Shown here: piece after piece, positions 38,965 through 54,390 of the stretch
Position numbering within the stretch: the stretch's first letter is position 1
Layout of the letters: each line of letters starts with the position of its first letter
From: the human T2T-CHM13v2.0 reference genome, Homo sapiens
DNA length: 64,000 bases
NCBI RefSeq assembly: GCF_009914755.1
Contig: NC_060944.1
Direction: 5' to 3' (one strand)
Notes under the pieces: generated by a model
What the model was told of the DNA's origin: nothing
What the model saw: the letters and a program-made list of their open reading frames with translations, nothing else
Databases searched by the model: none
Position numbers and translations under genes: made by a program

Positions 38965-39442
38965 GGATTTTAGTTTCTTGTTGTTCCTGCAACAAATGAC
39001 CATAAATTCAGTGGCTTGCATGACACAAATTCAGTATCTTAGTGTTCTGGAGTTGAGAAGCCTGAAACGGATCTCCCTGGGCTAACACGGAGTTGTTGCA
39101 GGCCTGGGTTCCTCCTGGAGAGCCTATCCCCTGCCTTCCCAGCTCCCGCAGGCTGTGGGCATTCCTCTGCCCAGTGCCCGTGCCTTTGTCTTCAAAACCA
39201 GAAGAGCTTGGCTGGGTCCTTCTCACATGGCGTCACCCTAACCACCTCTTCCGCCTCCCTCTACTGTTTACAAGGATCCTGGTTATTATGTGGGGCCCAA
39301 CTGGATAATCCAGGGTCATCCCCCATCTCGAAGTCCTTCACTTAATCCCATCTGCAAAGCCCCTTTTGCCATGAAAGGAAGCATGTTCACAGCTTGAGGA
39401 ATTAGGACATGGACATCTTTAGGGTCTACTCGGCCTACCACA
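38965..39442 (-). mobile_element. MLT1C/D-like MaLR solo LTR
   Basis: 'aacaaatgaccataaattcagtggctt...ggataatccagg...catctgcaaagccccttttgccat...attaggacatggacatcttt...cctaccaca'. Confidence 0.8.
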
Positions 39443-41093
39443 GGGTATTCCACAGTTGTGTGTGTGGATGTGATATTGAGGCAATTGAAGATGGCATTCT
39501 TTACCTTCTGCTTAGTTATTATTAGCATGTATATCATCTTGGACTTAATTGACCTCCTGGTGCAGGGTGTTAAGGAAAATTATTGTGTTCTGAATCATGA
39601 CCTTTGGGCCAAGACGTTGGGAGACCCTGGCCCAAACAAGGACTTTCAGCTTCCTATTAGCTTTCTGCTGAAATGCATCCACAGCCAGGGCCTGTGAGAC
39701 CTTGGATGGCATAGACTGAACAAGCTGTGAGGTCTGCATTTGTAGACTCGAATCTCCCATTTACATTCTTGGACTAAAACCTCGCTCCTGCTTATCATGT
39801 AATCATGGAGCTAAGCTAGGCTTGGAGAAGAGTGGCAAGAAGTTCCCACGTGCATGGAGCTGTAGTTTTTCCCACATTCCTCTTAGGAGCTGTGCCTAAG
39901 ATGCTGCGCTAGCAACCTCTGTATTGTGAAGGAACTGCGTTTCCTGGATTCCAAAACACAGGAGTTGGATTCCTGTCCTTGTGAAGCCATCTCAGGGAAC
40001 AGGGTGGGCGGAAGGGGCACTGGAGGCCATCATGATTGTCCTAACAGGCATTCTTCTGGCAGGAACTGGCAAGGATAGAACACAGACTTGGTCCCTGCAG
40101 CTGAAAGGGAGGAGGCAGGATGGTGATGGAAGAGGCGAAAGAAAGATATTTGCATGGGCAAGCCCAGTATTCAATAACTGTGGCAAGACTTCATCCTTAC
40201 AAATCTACTTAGGGCCGACTCCACACCTGAGCCGCTTCCCAGACCTGCTGTTCTATCCCGGAAGCAGAGGGCAGCATGGCGAAGACCTGCCTCTGTCTTT
40301 GACGCTGGCACATTGATGCGATTCTTCCAAGCTCTTTGCTCCTGGGTGACCCCCATTGCACGCAGAGCCTCCACAATGTTTGGGGAGGGGGCTGAGCACA
40401 CCTCTGTGTGCTTCATCCAGCCAGCCAGCCATTTATTCATTAAACAGATATCTATTCAATAACTTCGAGAGCCAGAAATTGTGCTAGTTGCTGTGGAAAT
40501 AAATTCACATGACAGGCTCTCTGCTCTCTAGGTACCTGCAGTAAATTTCACTCCTAATGTCGCTAAATGTCTGTCTCTTTTTATATATATTTTATGACAC
40601 TTACTGTGACTTCCAGAGCTTCTTTTGTGCTCATTTCCCATAATGTTTTGGGTATTTCATTGTTTTTATACCAAAGCAAATTTGTCCAATTTCTAGTTCA
40701 AATTATTGCGTAGATCGTTGTGGACTAAGGCAGACAATAATAAAAATAGTTTCCCACTCTTGTTCTTTAACAAATTTTTCTTTTCTTTATAAGAATACAT
40801 TGCTATAGTTTCATAAGCATTAAATAAAAACCATCTTTTTTGTTGTTAGACAATTCGTATTCGAATTGTTAAAATGGAATTTTTCAATATCCCAGAGCCC
40901 TCGAAGATTCCATAAAAATTTAGTTCCAAGACTATGAAAAGGAGTGAGGAATCTCTAACTCTTCAAGATACTCATTCAAAAAATTTTAGCAAACCATCGA
41001 TTTCTACAAGTCCCACAAATGAAATATTGCTAAACATATTGCTGATTCAACACAAATTCCAATCAACCAGTATTATTTGCATAATTTCATTAA

Positions 41094-41763
<670 letters not shown>

Positions 41764-42384
41764 CACAATCACTTCTAAAATTGAGAGAGCTCTCTCCGAT
41801 CATCACACAAACATTGTTCACTGTTTTTGAAAATGAGTCTCCAAATCTCAGACACATCTGTAAAAAGCTAGTTTAACTATTTAAACAATGAAATTAAGTA
41901 GAATGGTGGGGCCAAGAGCCTGGCCTGGACCTTCTCGCTGATCCTCTTCCTGCAAGGGACAAAACGACACCTTCATAGACCAGTGCTTTGGATTTGCCGG
42001 TCAAAAAATCACCCTCTCCTGTCCTGCATCCGCACTGATTGTAGACTCTCCCTCCAGGCTCAGCTCACAGCCCACCCATCTCCCTTTCAGCCAGGGCCCT
42101 GCAGTCAGCTACACACTCCATCCATGCCAGGATGCCCTCACGGCTCTATTCTCTCACAGTAGCCACCCATCCTCAGGCCTAGGGAGCCCCCTCCACCATC
42201 ATCCTCCAATCCTGGTCCCACGTGGTCTGACGTTGCTGAAGATAGTGATGTAGCAGAGCCAGCTGCCTTCATGGCATGTTCATGCTGCCTGACCCGAGTT
42301 CAGAGGCCTTGTCACTGTCGTCCACAGCTCTTGCAAATATCTCCATTTCCACTCTGCAGAAGCCACCTCTAGCCCAGGCATTCT

Positions 42385-42750
42385 CTGGGTAGGCCCATGC
42401 TGTCACCTGCAAAAGAACCACCTGAAAATCTCATTGGAAAACTGGTTCCTGGGCCTCAAGCTAAAAACAACTCTGTTTTGGCATATCTGAAGTGGAGCCC
42501 GAGAATGTTTATTTCTAACAAGCTCCCGGGAGGAGGGTGGTACTGCTGCTAGCCTAGACTTTGTTGAGAATAGTATGGATGCAGAAGGGTCTCGTGCCTC
42601 CTGGACTCTAAAGACCATAAGAGCCACCTGAGGACTCTATGAACATGCAGACTCTGCTTCTGTGAGCCTGGGGTGAGCACAAGCATCTACATCTGAACCA
42701 GCATCCCCGCTGCTGCCACTGCTGCTTGTCAGGTCACACTTTGAAGCTCA
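42385..42750. mobile_element. Tandem MER5A/B-like fragments
   Basis: 'tcacctg...tttctaacaagctccc...actttg' and 'catgcagactctg...acactttgaag' motifs. Confidence 0.55.
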
Positions 42751-45700
42751 AGACGGGAGATGACTTCAACCTCCTGACAAACCCCTTTCCTGTCCTCTCC
42801 CCCACCTCCACATTTCAATCTATTTATACCAACTCCTTTCAGCCTCCTCTCCAACCTGATTCTATTACGATATTATTGGCTTAGCACAGCATAAGGACGG
42901 CGATTACAGGATATGCATCTTCCCTTCTCACATCTGAGGCAGACGTCGCTAATCCATCCTGGTACTATTTTGTGCTGAGCCCAGACATAGAGACATAATC
43001 CCTCTTGCTGTAGTGTGCCAAGCAGCTCCCTCCAGTCTCCCCAGCCTGTCACATGCCTTCCCTCGGGATGGTGCTTGGGACTGTTGTGAGCTCTCCATGG
43101 CTTTATCCTGCCTCGTGGGCCATGCATGCCGGTGAAGCCAGACGGTGTGCTGCCTTAACCCACAATCCACCAACTGTGACAGGCTGACCCCAACCACCAT
43201 TCTAATCCCTTGCAATCCACTGTTTTCCCTCTGCGTTTGGGTAGCACTTGGCATATACGGTAGCCACCTGCATCACATTCCTGGTTGCACTCCAGTGTGT
43301 AAGTGTGTACATGTTTGGATTGTTAAGTCATCTCTCTAGGTGGAAATACAACTGGATGTCAGCAACAAAGCCCTCATCACCTTTCTGCCCCCTGCACTGA
43401 ACAGCTCAGAGCCTGCGACATGGCCTATCTCATTAGGAGCTGTGACATCAGCCAGGTCTCAGAATGAGGAAACACATAGATGACAGCCACACCCACACCA
43501 CAGCCCCCAGCGTGTCACTTGACAGACAGGTAGCATGGCCATTGTCTGGGGACTATTTGTTACTGCACCAAATGAACTAACGCAGCTCTTATTCTTGCTA
43601 GGACTCAGAAAGGCTCCAGGGAAGAGCCCAAACTTCCCTCTGCTTGAGAGAGCCGCAGGGAGTCTAGGGAGGCCAGAAGGGCAGGCATTGTCTGGTGGGT
43701 TACATGAGGAGGATGTGCAGTAAACGGGTGGTCCCGCTGACAGCCGCCTTGGCAAAAAGGACAGAGTCCAGAAGAAACGGAGACTCATCATGGGATGGGC
43801 TCCACTTGGCATGGGAGGCTGCATGGGGCAAACACAGAACAAGCCCAGGAAACCACATGGAATCCACTGCAGTCACCAATAGTCCCCAGGGGAAAGGAAT
43901 TAACCATAGAGGCGAAGAAGAGAGAAAAACCTAAGGAGGAAGGCAATAACCTTGAACGTGACTACATTTTAAACTTGAATTAACAAAGACATCACAGGAT
44001 TGGATAGAACCCACTTACAAATGACTTCACTAATTTTCTGTTATTAAGGAAAATGTGGGCTTTTGATAGACACAAGTCAAGTTATGGGAAATGGAATAAA
44101 GCTACACTTTTTTTTTTTTGCACACTCACGTTTTATAAAGTTTTTTTGACTGTGAGTAAAATTCGTCTCTATGCCACACATAGAGACCGGCATATTTTCA
44201 CAAGCTCTTGGTCTTAGGTATTTGAAAATTCAAGGGCTAAAGAGAAGTGCAGAATTCCCCCTGGGAAATTGACACAACATGTTAGAGATAAAAATCAAAG
44301 TGATTCTTCTTTTAGACCGAGTCTCCCCGGGAAATAGGTGTGAGCGCTTCACCTCGGAGGGAACTTGCTGCCAAGTAGTTGGAGATGCTGAATCTCCTTT
44401 TTCTAGGAGTTACACTGATGCTGACAAATGCTCTTTTCAAATGATTGATTCCCCAACATGTGAGAATCTGAGTTAAATCTGAACCTCACAGCACAAGCTC
44501 AGAGCCTGAGATGAAAAGCTAACACTCCATGCCCTGCCTGGCCTTCTGCCTGTGTTAGAGAGGGTTCTACCTTTCAGAACTGACTTTGTGGACACAGGGA
44601 AACAGAGTATGATCTTTTTTGGCAGTTCACACAGCAGCGATGGGTCCTGCAGCCATTAAGGTAAATGATGCTTCCACGCTATTTTAGCCTCAAAGTGCAA
44701 GTTCCCAACACGGCAAGCCATCCATTGGAGAGCAATCTACCTGGAGATAGGGGTTGGCGGATAGCCCTAAGGAAAGACAACATCTTACCTGAAGTGAAGG
44801 AGGCACTGAGGGATGTCCCCAAAGAACCGCTTGATTGGCTTGGATTCAAATGGTATCAATAAACATTTATGATCTTAAAATTGTAATTTCTTATTTCAGT
44901 GGCAGTGAATGCTTTCAGAGCTTGGGTGTTCAAGGGAGTCATTTTAAATTGGATTAGTGAGGGCAACTGCAGATTTCCCAAGGAACACATGTGGGTGCAG
45001 GGCCAGGTTGCCACCATCGCTCCAGTTCTGCAACCAGAACTGGGGTGATCTGACCAAGTCTTCTTTCTTTCTTTCATCTGGATTCCCGGTTTAAAAAGCA
45101 AATGCGCAAAGCATAATAAAAGGAGAAGAAATATTAAACTGACGAATGGGAAAGGAGACAAGGTGACAGGTATTTGGAACTGGAGAAGTGTTTTCAGGCT
45201 CGACTCACAAACACCAACACCATGTCTTTCTAATGTTGATGACAATCTAAAGAGACAGGGCTGGAAGTTTCCTTTAAGATCTTGGAGGCAATTGTTACCA
45301 AATCAGAACACTCCCACTGGGCTTACGGTGTTCTCCAGACTGACAAAGAATCAGCCAAGATGTTTCGTGGTTTATCACCAAATGATTGTCACATAGTGTC
45401 TTTTCCAATCAACTGGAACATATCTCAAGAAATGAACAGGTTATGAGAGAAAGCACCACCCTACAGAGGAATAATATAAAATACTGCCTCAACCCTGCCA
45501 CACAACTGACCCAGTCTGGGGTGTCTTTAACCACAGGGAATAATTTGGGTTGATTCTTTCCATCCGTAGACAGTATTTCCTACATGTATCTTTGTAACTT
45601 CAAAGTTTTGTAGGGTTCCAGCAAATTCATCCTGTGACAATAATCTAGTGTAGATTAATCCACAGGTTAACCCACAAATCCTGGATTCAGCAGCCTCCGG

Positions 45701-45996
45701 CTCCACCAGCTCAGATGACCATGTAGAGGACAAGCCTTCCTTTGTGCACACAGGTTAGAAGCAAGGCTGCACCCTCATTTGCTGGGGACTAAACTGGAGA
45801 GAAGACAGTGATAGGGGTCTTGAGGACCCCCACATCCATTTCTCCATGGGAGAACACATTCCCATGCCATGGTATGGCTTCCCAGAGCTGTATGGGTTTG
45901 AGGGAGTGGGATTCTAACATAGAGAAATGAGGTTCCAGGGAACCCAACTCATCATAAAAGACAGAGGGGTGTTTGTGATGCTATAAAAACCAGTCA

Positions 45997-46340
45997 CCAT
46001 AAAAAAGAATAAGATCTTGTCCTTTGCAGGAACATGGATGGAGCTGGGGGCCATTATCCTGAGTAAAGCAATTCAGGAACAGAAAACCAAATACCTCATG
46101 TTCTCACTTGTAAGTGGGAGCTAAATGATGACAACTCATGGACACAAAGGGGAAAAACAGACACTGGGGCCTACTTGAGGGCGGAGGGTGGGAGAAGGGA
46201 GACAATCAGGAAAAATAATTATTGGGTACTAGGTTTAGTACATGGATGACAATATAATCTGTACAACAAACCTCTTGTGACATGAGTTTACCTATATAAC
46301 AAACCTGCACATGTACTCCTGAACCTAAAATGAAAGCTTT
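45997..46340 (+). mobile_element. Older L1PA (about PA13-15) 3' end
   Basis: 'catggatggagctgggggccattatcc...ttctcacttgtaagtgggagctaa...acctgcacatgtactcctgaacctaaaat'. Confidence 0.88.
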
Positions 46341-47064
46341 ACTTTTTTTATTTTAAAAATGAAATACAGTTCATTTAACTTTAAAATAAAAATCAAAATC
46401 AGGCACCATCGCCGCTTTGGGGAAAGTGGTTTCACTAACAAAGGCTAATGTTGAGGACCCACAAAGTTCAAACCCACTGTCTCGGGGCTGGGAGGACCAC
46501 ATCTGACCCACTTCAGATGGGTGCCCAGTAAGAATGTAGTAAGTGGATGACTGTGTACCTGCACGTCCTGGCATGATATCCTCAGCTAGGACGATACCCT
46601 CAGGCCCTCTCAAGGCAGTTTTCACCATTATTAAACAGTTTGAGCATTAGAAAATCCTTTTCTATATCAAACAAAAATATAAACACAGAAGGGCAAAGGG
46701 CGAACCAATTTCATTTCTATTGAATAGAAACTACAAATGAAGTACAAAGGATCACGCTGAGCCACAAGCCATATTTCCACTAGACTGCTAGATTTCTCTA
46801 CTTAGGTGTCCCAAAGAAAATGGATTATAGGAAAGTCTCAAGAAAACTGCCCTAGTCCTAAGGGTGTTAACCACAGAGAGATTTTTTTCCCCGCCTCCTA
46901 ATAGTAATACATATGCAAAATGCTTCTACACATTTTGCTTCCAAACGAGGTATGCCAAAAGTCACTTCTCCCTTTGTAAGTGAAGCCATATTTGCATAGA
47001 GGAAAAAGCAGAATGTATTTCAGTCTTTGTTAGGGAATCTTGCTAGTTTGACGTACAGGTTGTA

Positions 47065-47660
47065 TTTTTTTTAATATTTTAATTTTAATTTTAAGTTCCA
47101 GTGTACATGTGCAGGATGCACAGGTTTGTTACATAGATAAACGTGTGCAATAGTGGTTTGCTGCACTTCTCAACCCATCACCTAGGTATTAAGCCCAGCA
47201 TGCATTAGCTATTTTTCCTAAAACTCTTCCTCCCTGCCCACCCTCGGACAGGCCCCAATGTGTGTTGTTCCCCAACCTGTGTCCATGTGCTCTCATTGTT
47301 CAGCTCCTATTTATTAGTGAGAACATGCAATGTTTGGTTTTCTGTTCCTGCGTCAGTTTGCTGAGGATAATGGCTTCCAGCTCCATTGTGTTCCTGCAAA
47401 GGACAGGATCTCATTCTTTTTTATGGCTGCATAGTATTCTGTGGTATATATGTATCACATTTTCTTTATCCAATCTGTCATTGATGTCATTGATGGGCAT
47501 TTGAGTTGATTGCATGTCTTTGCTATTGATTGTGAATAGTGCTGTAATGAACATAAGTGTGTATGTATCTTTGTAATAGAATGATTTACATTCCTTTGGG
47601 TATATAGCCAGTAATAGGATAGCTGGGTCAAATGGTATTTCTGGTTCTAGGTCTTTGAGC
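47065..47660 (-). mobile_element. L1PA8/10-like 3' end
   Basis: 'acccatcacctaggtattaagcccagcatgcattagctatt...gctgggtcaaatggtatttctggttctaggtctttgag'. Confidence 0.9.
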
Positions 47661-50127
47661 GTGTTTTTTTTTTTAAGGCAAATCTCTTTGGTAGGATTTG
47701 CCTAGGGGAAGACATTGGCAGGATAAGGTGGACTGTGGTAGTCCTCATCTGCATGCACATATTTACACCAAGCAAATCTTTTAGTACCCATGCCAAAGAC
47801 CCATTCCAGAGCAATTCACTAGCATCTCTGCAGGCAGAGTCTGGGCATCGACGAGCATAAGTTTCTCAGGTGATGAATGCATGGTCAGAGCTGAGAACCA
47901 CTGTTTTCATAGAAGACTGTGCTGGGGAAGTCGTGACGAAACTGTATTTTCAGTGTCCCCCTTGCTTTGGGGGAAATTACAGGATTGCTGCAGCGCTGGA
48001 ATTGTACTTAGCTGAGGATTGAGGGCCTTGGCCTCTGCTGGGAACTCCGCAGTGTGGATGAGCATCACGTACTTAGGGCCGAGAACACTCACACAATTGA
48101 AGTTCCCACCTTCAGGCTGAGGCCATGTGGGTAGAATTTAAATATTATCAGATGTTCATCTAGAAGGGATTCAAAAAGAGTGTGAAGTGTTTATGGATTT
48201 TGAATTCTTGATGTTCTGAAATTATAATTTTGTTGTGTTTAAAATAACTAGAGGGTGGCCCACAGAACAGAGTGGGGGATATTGCTGACTTGGATAGATT
48301 TCCAAACTCAACTAGATAAAAATGTCCACAGATGGGCTCACTGGGGTCCTGTTTAATCTGTTCCCCATCCAGAATCCTCTGTCTCAGCCTTTGGCATTAG
48401 GAAAATCCACCCCTCCCAGAGAAGTGAAAACCTGCTTCCCACACCCCCTCAGCCACCACCACTTCCCACTGAATCCAGCATCTGCCCCTTGTTCAGATCA
48501 TCCTAGCTCCCGCATCCCCTGCCAGCGGGAATACCCGCCAGACTCTCGGGACCTCCTTGCCTCCTGTCCACCCCAAGACCCATTCCTCACACTGGCTAAA
48601 AACTAATCAGCCCTGTCACTGCTGGCTGAAAATACTTCTAAACTTGCTCAGTAAGAAAATCCCCTGGGGTGCTCATTAACAGTTCAGATGCTTTGGTCTC
48701 AACAGACCTACTAATCTGAATCTCCAGGGAGGGTCCCTAGAATTTTGATTTTTTTCAACCCTGCCCCCAGCTATTTCTCATGACCAGGCTTGAGGCAGTG
48801 ACCCGAGGAAGCATGGAAGGACCTCCAGCTCCATTTCTCTCCTCTCCGAGTCCTCAGCACATAACCAGCGTTCAGGCGGATACTCGTTCAATGCAGGAAT
48901 TAATGAGTCACAATTTATGGTTCAGCAACACTGACCTATTTATACTCACCACGCCTATCAAGTTTTTTTATTTTATCTCCACACTTGTTATTTTTCATCT
49001 GCCTCTGTACTTACCAGGTCTCTATATAAATGTCTATTGATGTGATGTCTCCCATTAAAATGTGAGTTTCTTCTGGATAAGAGTTATCTTTATCCACCCG
49101 TCCTTAACAGGGAGCACAGTGGCCAGCAGACAATAGATTCTCAATAAATATGCATGCCTTTAATGTGTGACGATCCCTGGTGGCAATGCAACCCACACAC
49201 CCAGGGTCTCCAGAGGAAACTCTGGCCCACACAGGTTAAGTGACTTGTATAGGACACACAGCAAAAGCAAAACAAAACAAAACAACTAGCTTTCAAAACA
49301 GTTGTGGTATTTTGTGCTTTCGAGAATATTCCCAGAATTCTTAGAAGAAAAAATGAGAAGACAAATGTAAATATCCCATGACAGGGTAGCAGGGCGCCAG
49401 GCAACTGCTCTGATGCCAGGAGCAGGAATAAGTGCTGTGAAAGCACAGGGAGGCTTGTGGTGACTGAGAGTGAGATACTGTGCTGTGAGCCCTGAACCTG
49501 CACCTGCTAATGTGGTCATGTCACTTCTGCTGGAGGCTGATCCTCAGAGCCACAAAGCCAACATCCACCGACAAATAGCTCAGCACCAGCTTTCCCTGCC
49601 TAGCACCTGAGCAAGCACTGGGGGAACCCACAAGGAAGGAAAAGGGAGCCACAGATTTTCAGATGTCTCGAAAGTAATAACAAAAGAGGCTTATAATAAG
49701 AAGACTTAATTTTATTCTTAAAGTTTGACAAGAAAAACTGATTAGAACATAGTATACACACAGACATACATGTGTACATACATACACACATGTGTGAATG
49801 TATATACATGTAGATACATATGTATATGTGTATGTTAAGGAGATATGACATATATGTTATATGATATATATGTGCACACATTTATTGAGCACTTACCATG
49901 TATCTGATACCGTGTTAAGCAAATTAGGCCCATAATTTAGTTTAATCATTATAACCACCCGCACCAAGAAGGCACTGCATGCTATTTTAGTGGAGAAATT
50001 GAGGGGTGGAGAGATTAGATGACTTGGCTAAGGTCACACAACTAGTAGGCAGTGAGCCTGAGATGTAAACTAGAATCTTTCAGAGTCCAGAGTCCAGAGT
50101 CCAAACTCTTAACCGCACTGTCATCAG

Positions 50128-50665
50128 CATGATGGTAATGATGGTGATGATGATGACGATGGTGACAATTATGGTAATGGTGATGGTGATGATAATGATT
50201 CTGATGATGATAATGATGTAATGTTGATGATATAGTGATGATGATGGTGACAATGGTGGTGATAATGATGATAGCGATGGTGATGATGACAGTAATGATG
50301 ATGGTAATATGGTGATGATGATGTTGATGGAGATTATGGTGATAATGATGGTGGTAGTGATGATGGTAATGGTAATGATCTTGGTGATGAGGGTGATGAT
50401 AGTGATGCTGATGATGATAGTGAGGTTTATGATGGTGTGTGATGATGATGGTGATGATGGTAATGGTGAAAATAATAATTGTGGTGATGATGAGGTTGTA
50501 ATGTTGATAACATGGTGATAATGATGATGATAGTAATGATGATAATGATAATGGTGATGATATCAATGATGACGATGATAATGGTTATTTTCTTGATGAT
50601 AACGATAAGATGTTGATAGTAATTACAGTAATGAAGATGATGGTGTTGGTATTGATAATGATGTG
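50128..50665 (+). repeat. (GAT/GGT/AAT)n low-complexity array between MIR fragments
   Basis: Direct inspection. Confidence 0.95.
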
Positions 50666-53117
50666 CAGTTAACATTTATTGAGCACATGCTATGTATTGA
50701 GCACTGTTCTAAGCACTTTTAATGAACAACTTGTTTGGTCCCCACAGTGACTTATCTTTGTTCTCATGTTAGAGTTGAGGAAACTGAGGCACAGCGCATT
50801 TTTAGTTTGCCAGGTTTACCAATGACTGGGAGAATGGGGATTAAATCTAGGCTGCCTGGCACTAATGCCTCACTCAAATGTCTAATGCATCTCATAATAA
50901 GACTATAGACTGACTAGTGATAAGAAAAAATAATTAAAACATCCTGATGAAATTGTAAGGGGTGAAACAATGGCTCATACCGAAAAGACACTTTTCCAAA
51001 TGATTAAGGAAGGGTCTGGACTTGGAGAGCACTCACCTGGTGATAAGAATCTTTCAGAAGGAAGTTGGGGTCTTAGACCACTGTCTAGCAAAGCACACTG
51101 TTGATTAAACACAGGAGGACCAGAAAGCGCTGGTAGACAGAGGGAAGAAAGTTCAGCTCCAAGGCTCCTTCAAAGGTGGCTTTTGTGATAAACTCAGGCT
51201 GGGTCCTTTTCCCTGCATAACCTTTCCACCCAGGCCAGGGGAGTCAGCTTTAGGTTTAAGCAGTGACACCAGCTTTGTGATGTTAGAGGCAGCAGCTACC
51301 CTGGAGTTGTCAGGCTGGTGATGGCCAGGCCCTCCCCTCTGGTCAAGTGGGACTATGTGTTCTCTCCACCTTCCCTTGACCCTAAATGTTCTATCCAGGG
51401 GACAGAGCAAATGCTCTGGCCCAGGGGATGAGCAGCATGGTCCAAGCAGGGATAAAGGGTGAAGCCACAACAAGGATCAGGGAATAAAGTGGACACGTAC
51501 AGGGAGATGGCAGCCTTTCTACCTGAGGACAGTGCTGACCAAGCCAACAGAATAACCCTGGGTCCACTTACCTGGGCAATTCTCCACTGGTGACAACTTG
51601 GTGCCTAAATGGCTCAAACTAGAGGAATCGTGTGTGGGGGGTGGTGGGGAGGTGGGTGTGCAATGGCCCACGTGTGTGTACATATGGTGTAATGGTGTAT
51701 ACCTGTGACATACCCTGGAACAGCCATAAGCAGCTTCCCAAATGGGACTCTATGCAGGGAACATTCACATGGCTTCCTGCTTTGCAAAAATTTCACAAAA
51801 TTCCTTTTACATCCTTGATTAACCTGGGTTTTGGAGGGATGGAATGTAGAATTTTCTGGTTAAAGGAGGATTTCCGTTAAAAAATGTTCTATATATTATT
51901 GAAGGTTTTCCAGACTTGAATGGTGTTTTAAACAATATAAAGTCAATATAAGGTTAATAAACATATTTCAGAAGGAGAAAAAAGGAAGAAGGCAAGAATG
52001 AAGGAGATGAGAAAAAAGAATAAAAGAGGAAGAAAAACAGTGAAAAGAGAAACTCACAGCTAGCCTTGTACAGCCATAAGTTTTACTAGCATTTGGGCAT
52101 TTCCCTTCTGATCTATTTTCTGTTTACAGATTTTTTTAAGTTTGTTTTTACAACAATTGTAATCAGAGTGGATAGACAGCTTTGCAACTGGTTACTTCTA
52201 TTAACACATTGCAAACATTTTCTAAGTTGTTATGCTCCATAAATATTATTTTAACACATTGTATTTTTTATTATTGTGCCTATAATTATATATTATTATA
52301 TATTAACTCTGGAGAAAGTAGAAACAAATGTTATGCAAAAGGAAAAATTAAATTGAATTATAATTTCAAGACTTAAAAATAAGCACTATTATTCAGGCAG
52401 GTATTCATTCAATATACATAGAAGAAGAGCTAATATACAGATACAGACACATCCACGGATACAGACAAGAGTAACTTCACCCACCGCATATATTTTGTAT
52501 ATAGACAAAATGGGATCATAAGTCACACACTGTCTTTAACTGATTAAAGTGCCATTAAGTGTTGAGTTTTGTTTAATGGCCAAATTTACTTCCATATCTC
52601 TCAGGGAAAGACAAAAAAAAAAACGATAAAAGATTGATTAGGGAGTAGCTCCTTTGCTCTGCCTATTTAAATTATTGCAGGCTCCACGGTTTTTATTTCA
52701 AATATCCATTCTCTTCTACCAGCTGCTCCAGGTAAAGGGGAAAGTCCTTGCTTCCTGTTTAGAGCCTCGCCTCTATGCCATATCAGCCCTTTATTGACCC
52801 ACCCACCACCCACTTCCACCTTGTGAGACAGGTGTGCAAAACTAGGTCCTCCAGAGGTGGGCACCCTGCCCCAAGTCACACTACCAGGCAGTGGCTGAGC
52901 TAGAATTGATCACAAAACAGAAAGGGCCATTGGACTTCCAAGCCCTGCTTTCACCACGAATCTACTCTGCGTCTCCATTTATTTGCATTTCACTGGGTTT
53001 GCTGCTGAAGGAAGGATGTGTGGAGTGTTTATTCTGTACTGCACACTCAGAAAATGAAAGATAAAACTACCAGGACTTCAGGTGCTGCCTGTAAGTGATT
53101 TTTATCTTTGGATGAAT

Positions 53118-53220
53118 ATAGGTGATCCTCGACTTACTATGGTTTGATTTACAAATTTTCCATTTGCAATGGATTGATGCAGACATAACCCCGTTACGAT
53201 GGGGTCAAGGAGTATCTATA
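53118..53220. mobile_element. Tigger4/MER46-like short MITE
   Basis: Degenerate terminal inverted repeats 'ggtgatcctcgactta' and 'gtcaaggagtatct', flanked by TA. Confidence 0.65.
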
Positions 53221-53723
53221 AATACCAACCTTGAAATGTACAATGTAAATAACTGACAGAAGTATTAATATCCAGAATACAGAGAAAACTCCAGCAAACA
53301 GGCAAGAAAAAGGAAAGGCGGTTAATAAGGAAATGGATAAAAGTTAGGAATAGACACTCTAAAGAAGGAAAAATCCTGGTTAATAGGGATTGAAGAGTTG
53401 CACAGAGTCACATCAAGAAAATGAACATTGAAATACCATGAGATATGACTGTCTACCCAATAGGAAGAGGTCTGAAAGTTATAGGATGATAAGGGTTGTG
53501 GAGGAGCCCTGTCAGCTGCTGGTGGAAGTGAAAACTGCCGTGGAGAAAAGCTGGGGAGTATCTGGTGACTCGGAGAACCTCAGTCCCACATTTGCTCTTT
53601 CACAAAAAAAGAAGCTTTCACAGACAAAAACACCAGTTAATAGATGAAAGGATGTTGGTCACAGTATTAGTTTGATAATAGAGTTAGAGATAACCTAAGT
53701 GAGCATTAGGAAAGGAGGGCATA

Positions 53724-54390
<667 letters not shown>

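Noticed and set aside
45997-47660. Tail-to-tail older L1PA pair as a hairpin
   Set aside because: Different subfamilies, diverged, about 700 bp apart; unremarkable.
50042-50566. His/Ile-rich 174-aa ORF and the Met/Val-rich ORFs at 61162-61640
   Set aside because: Translations of GAT/GGT simple repeats.
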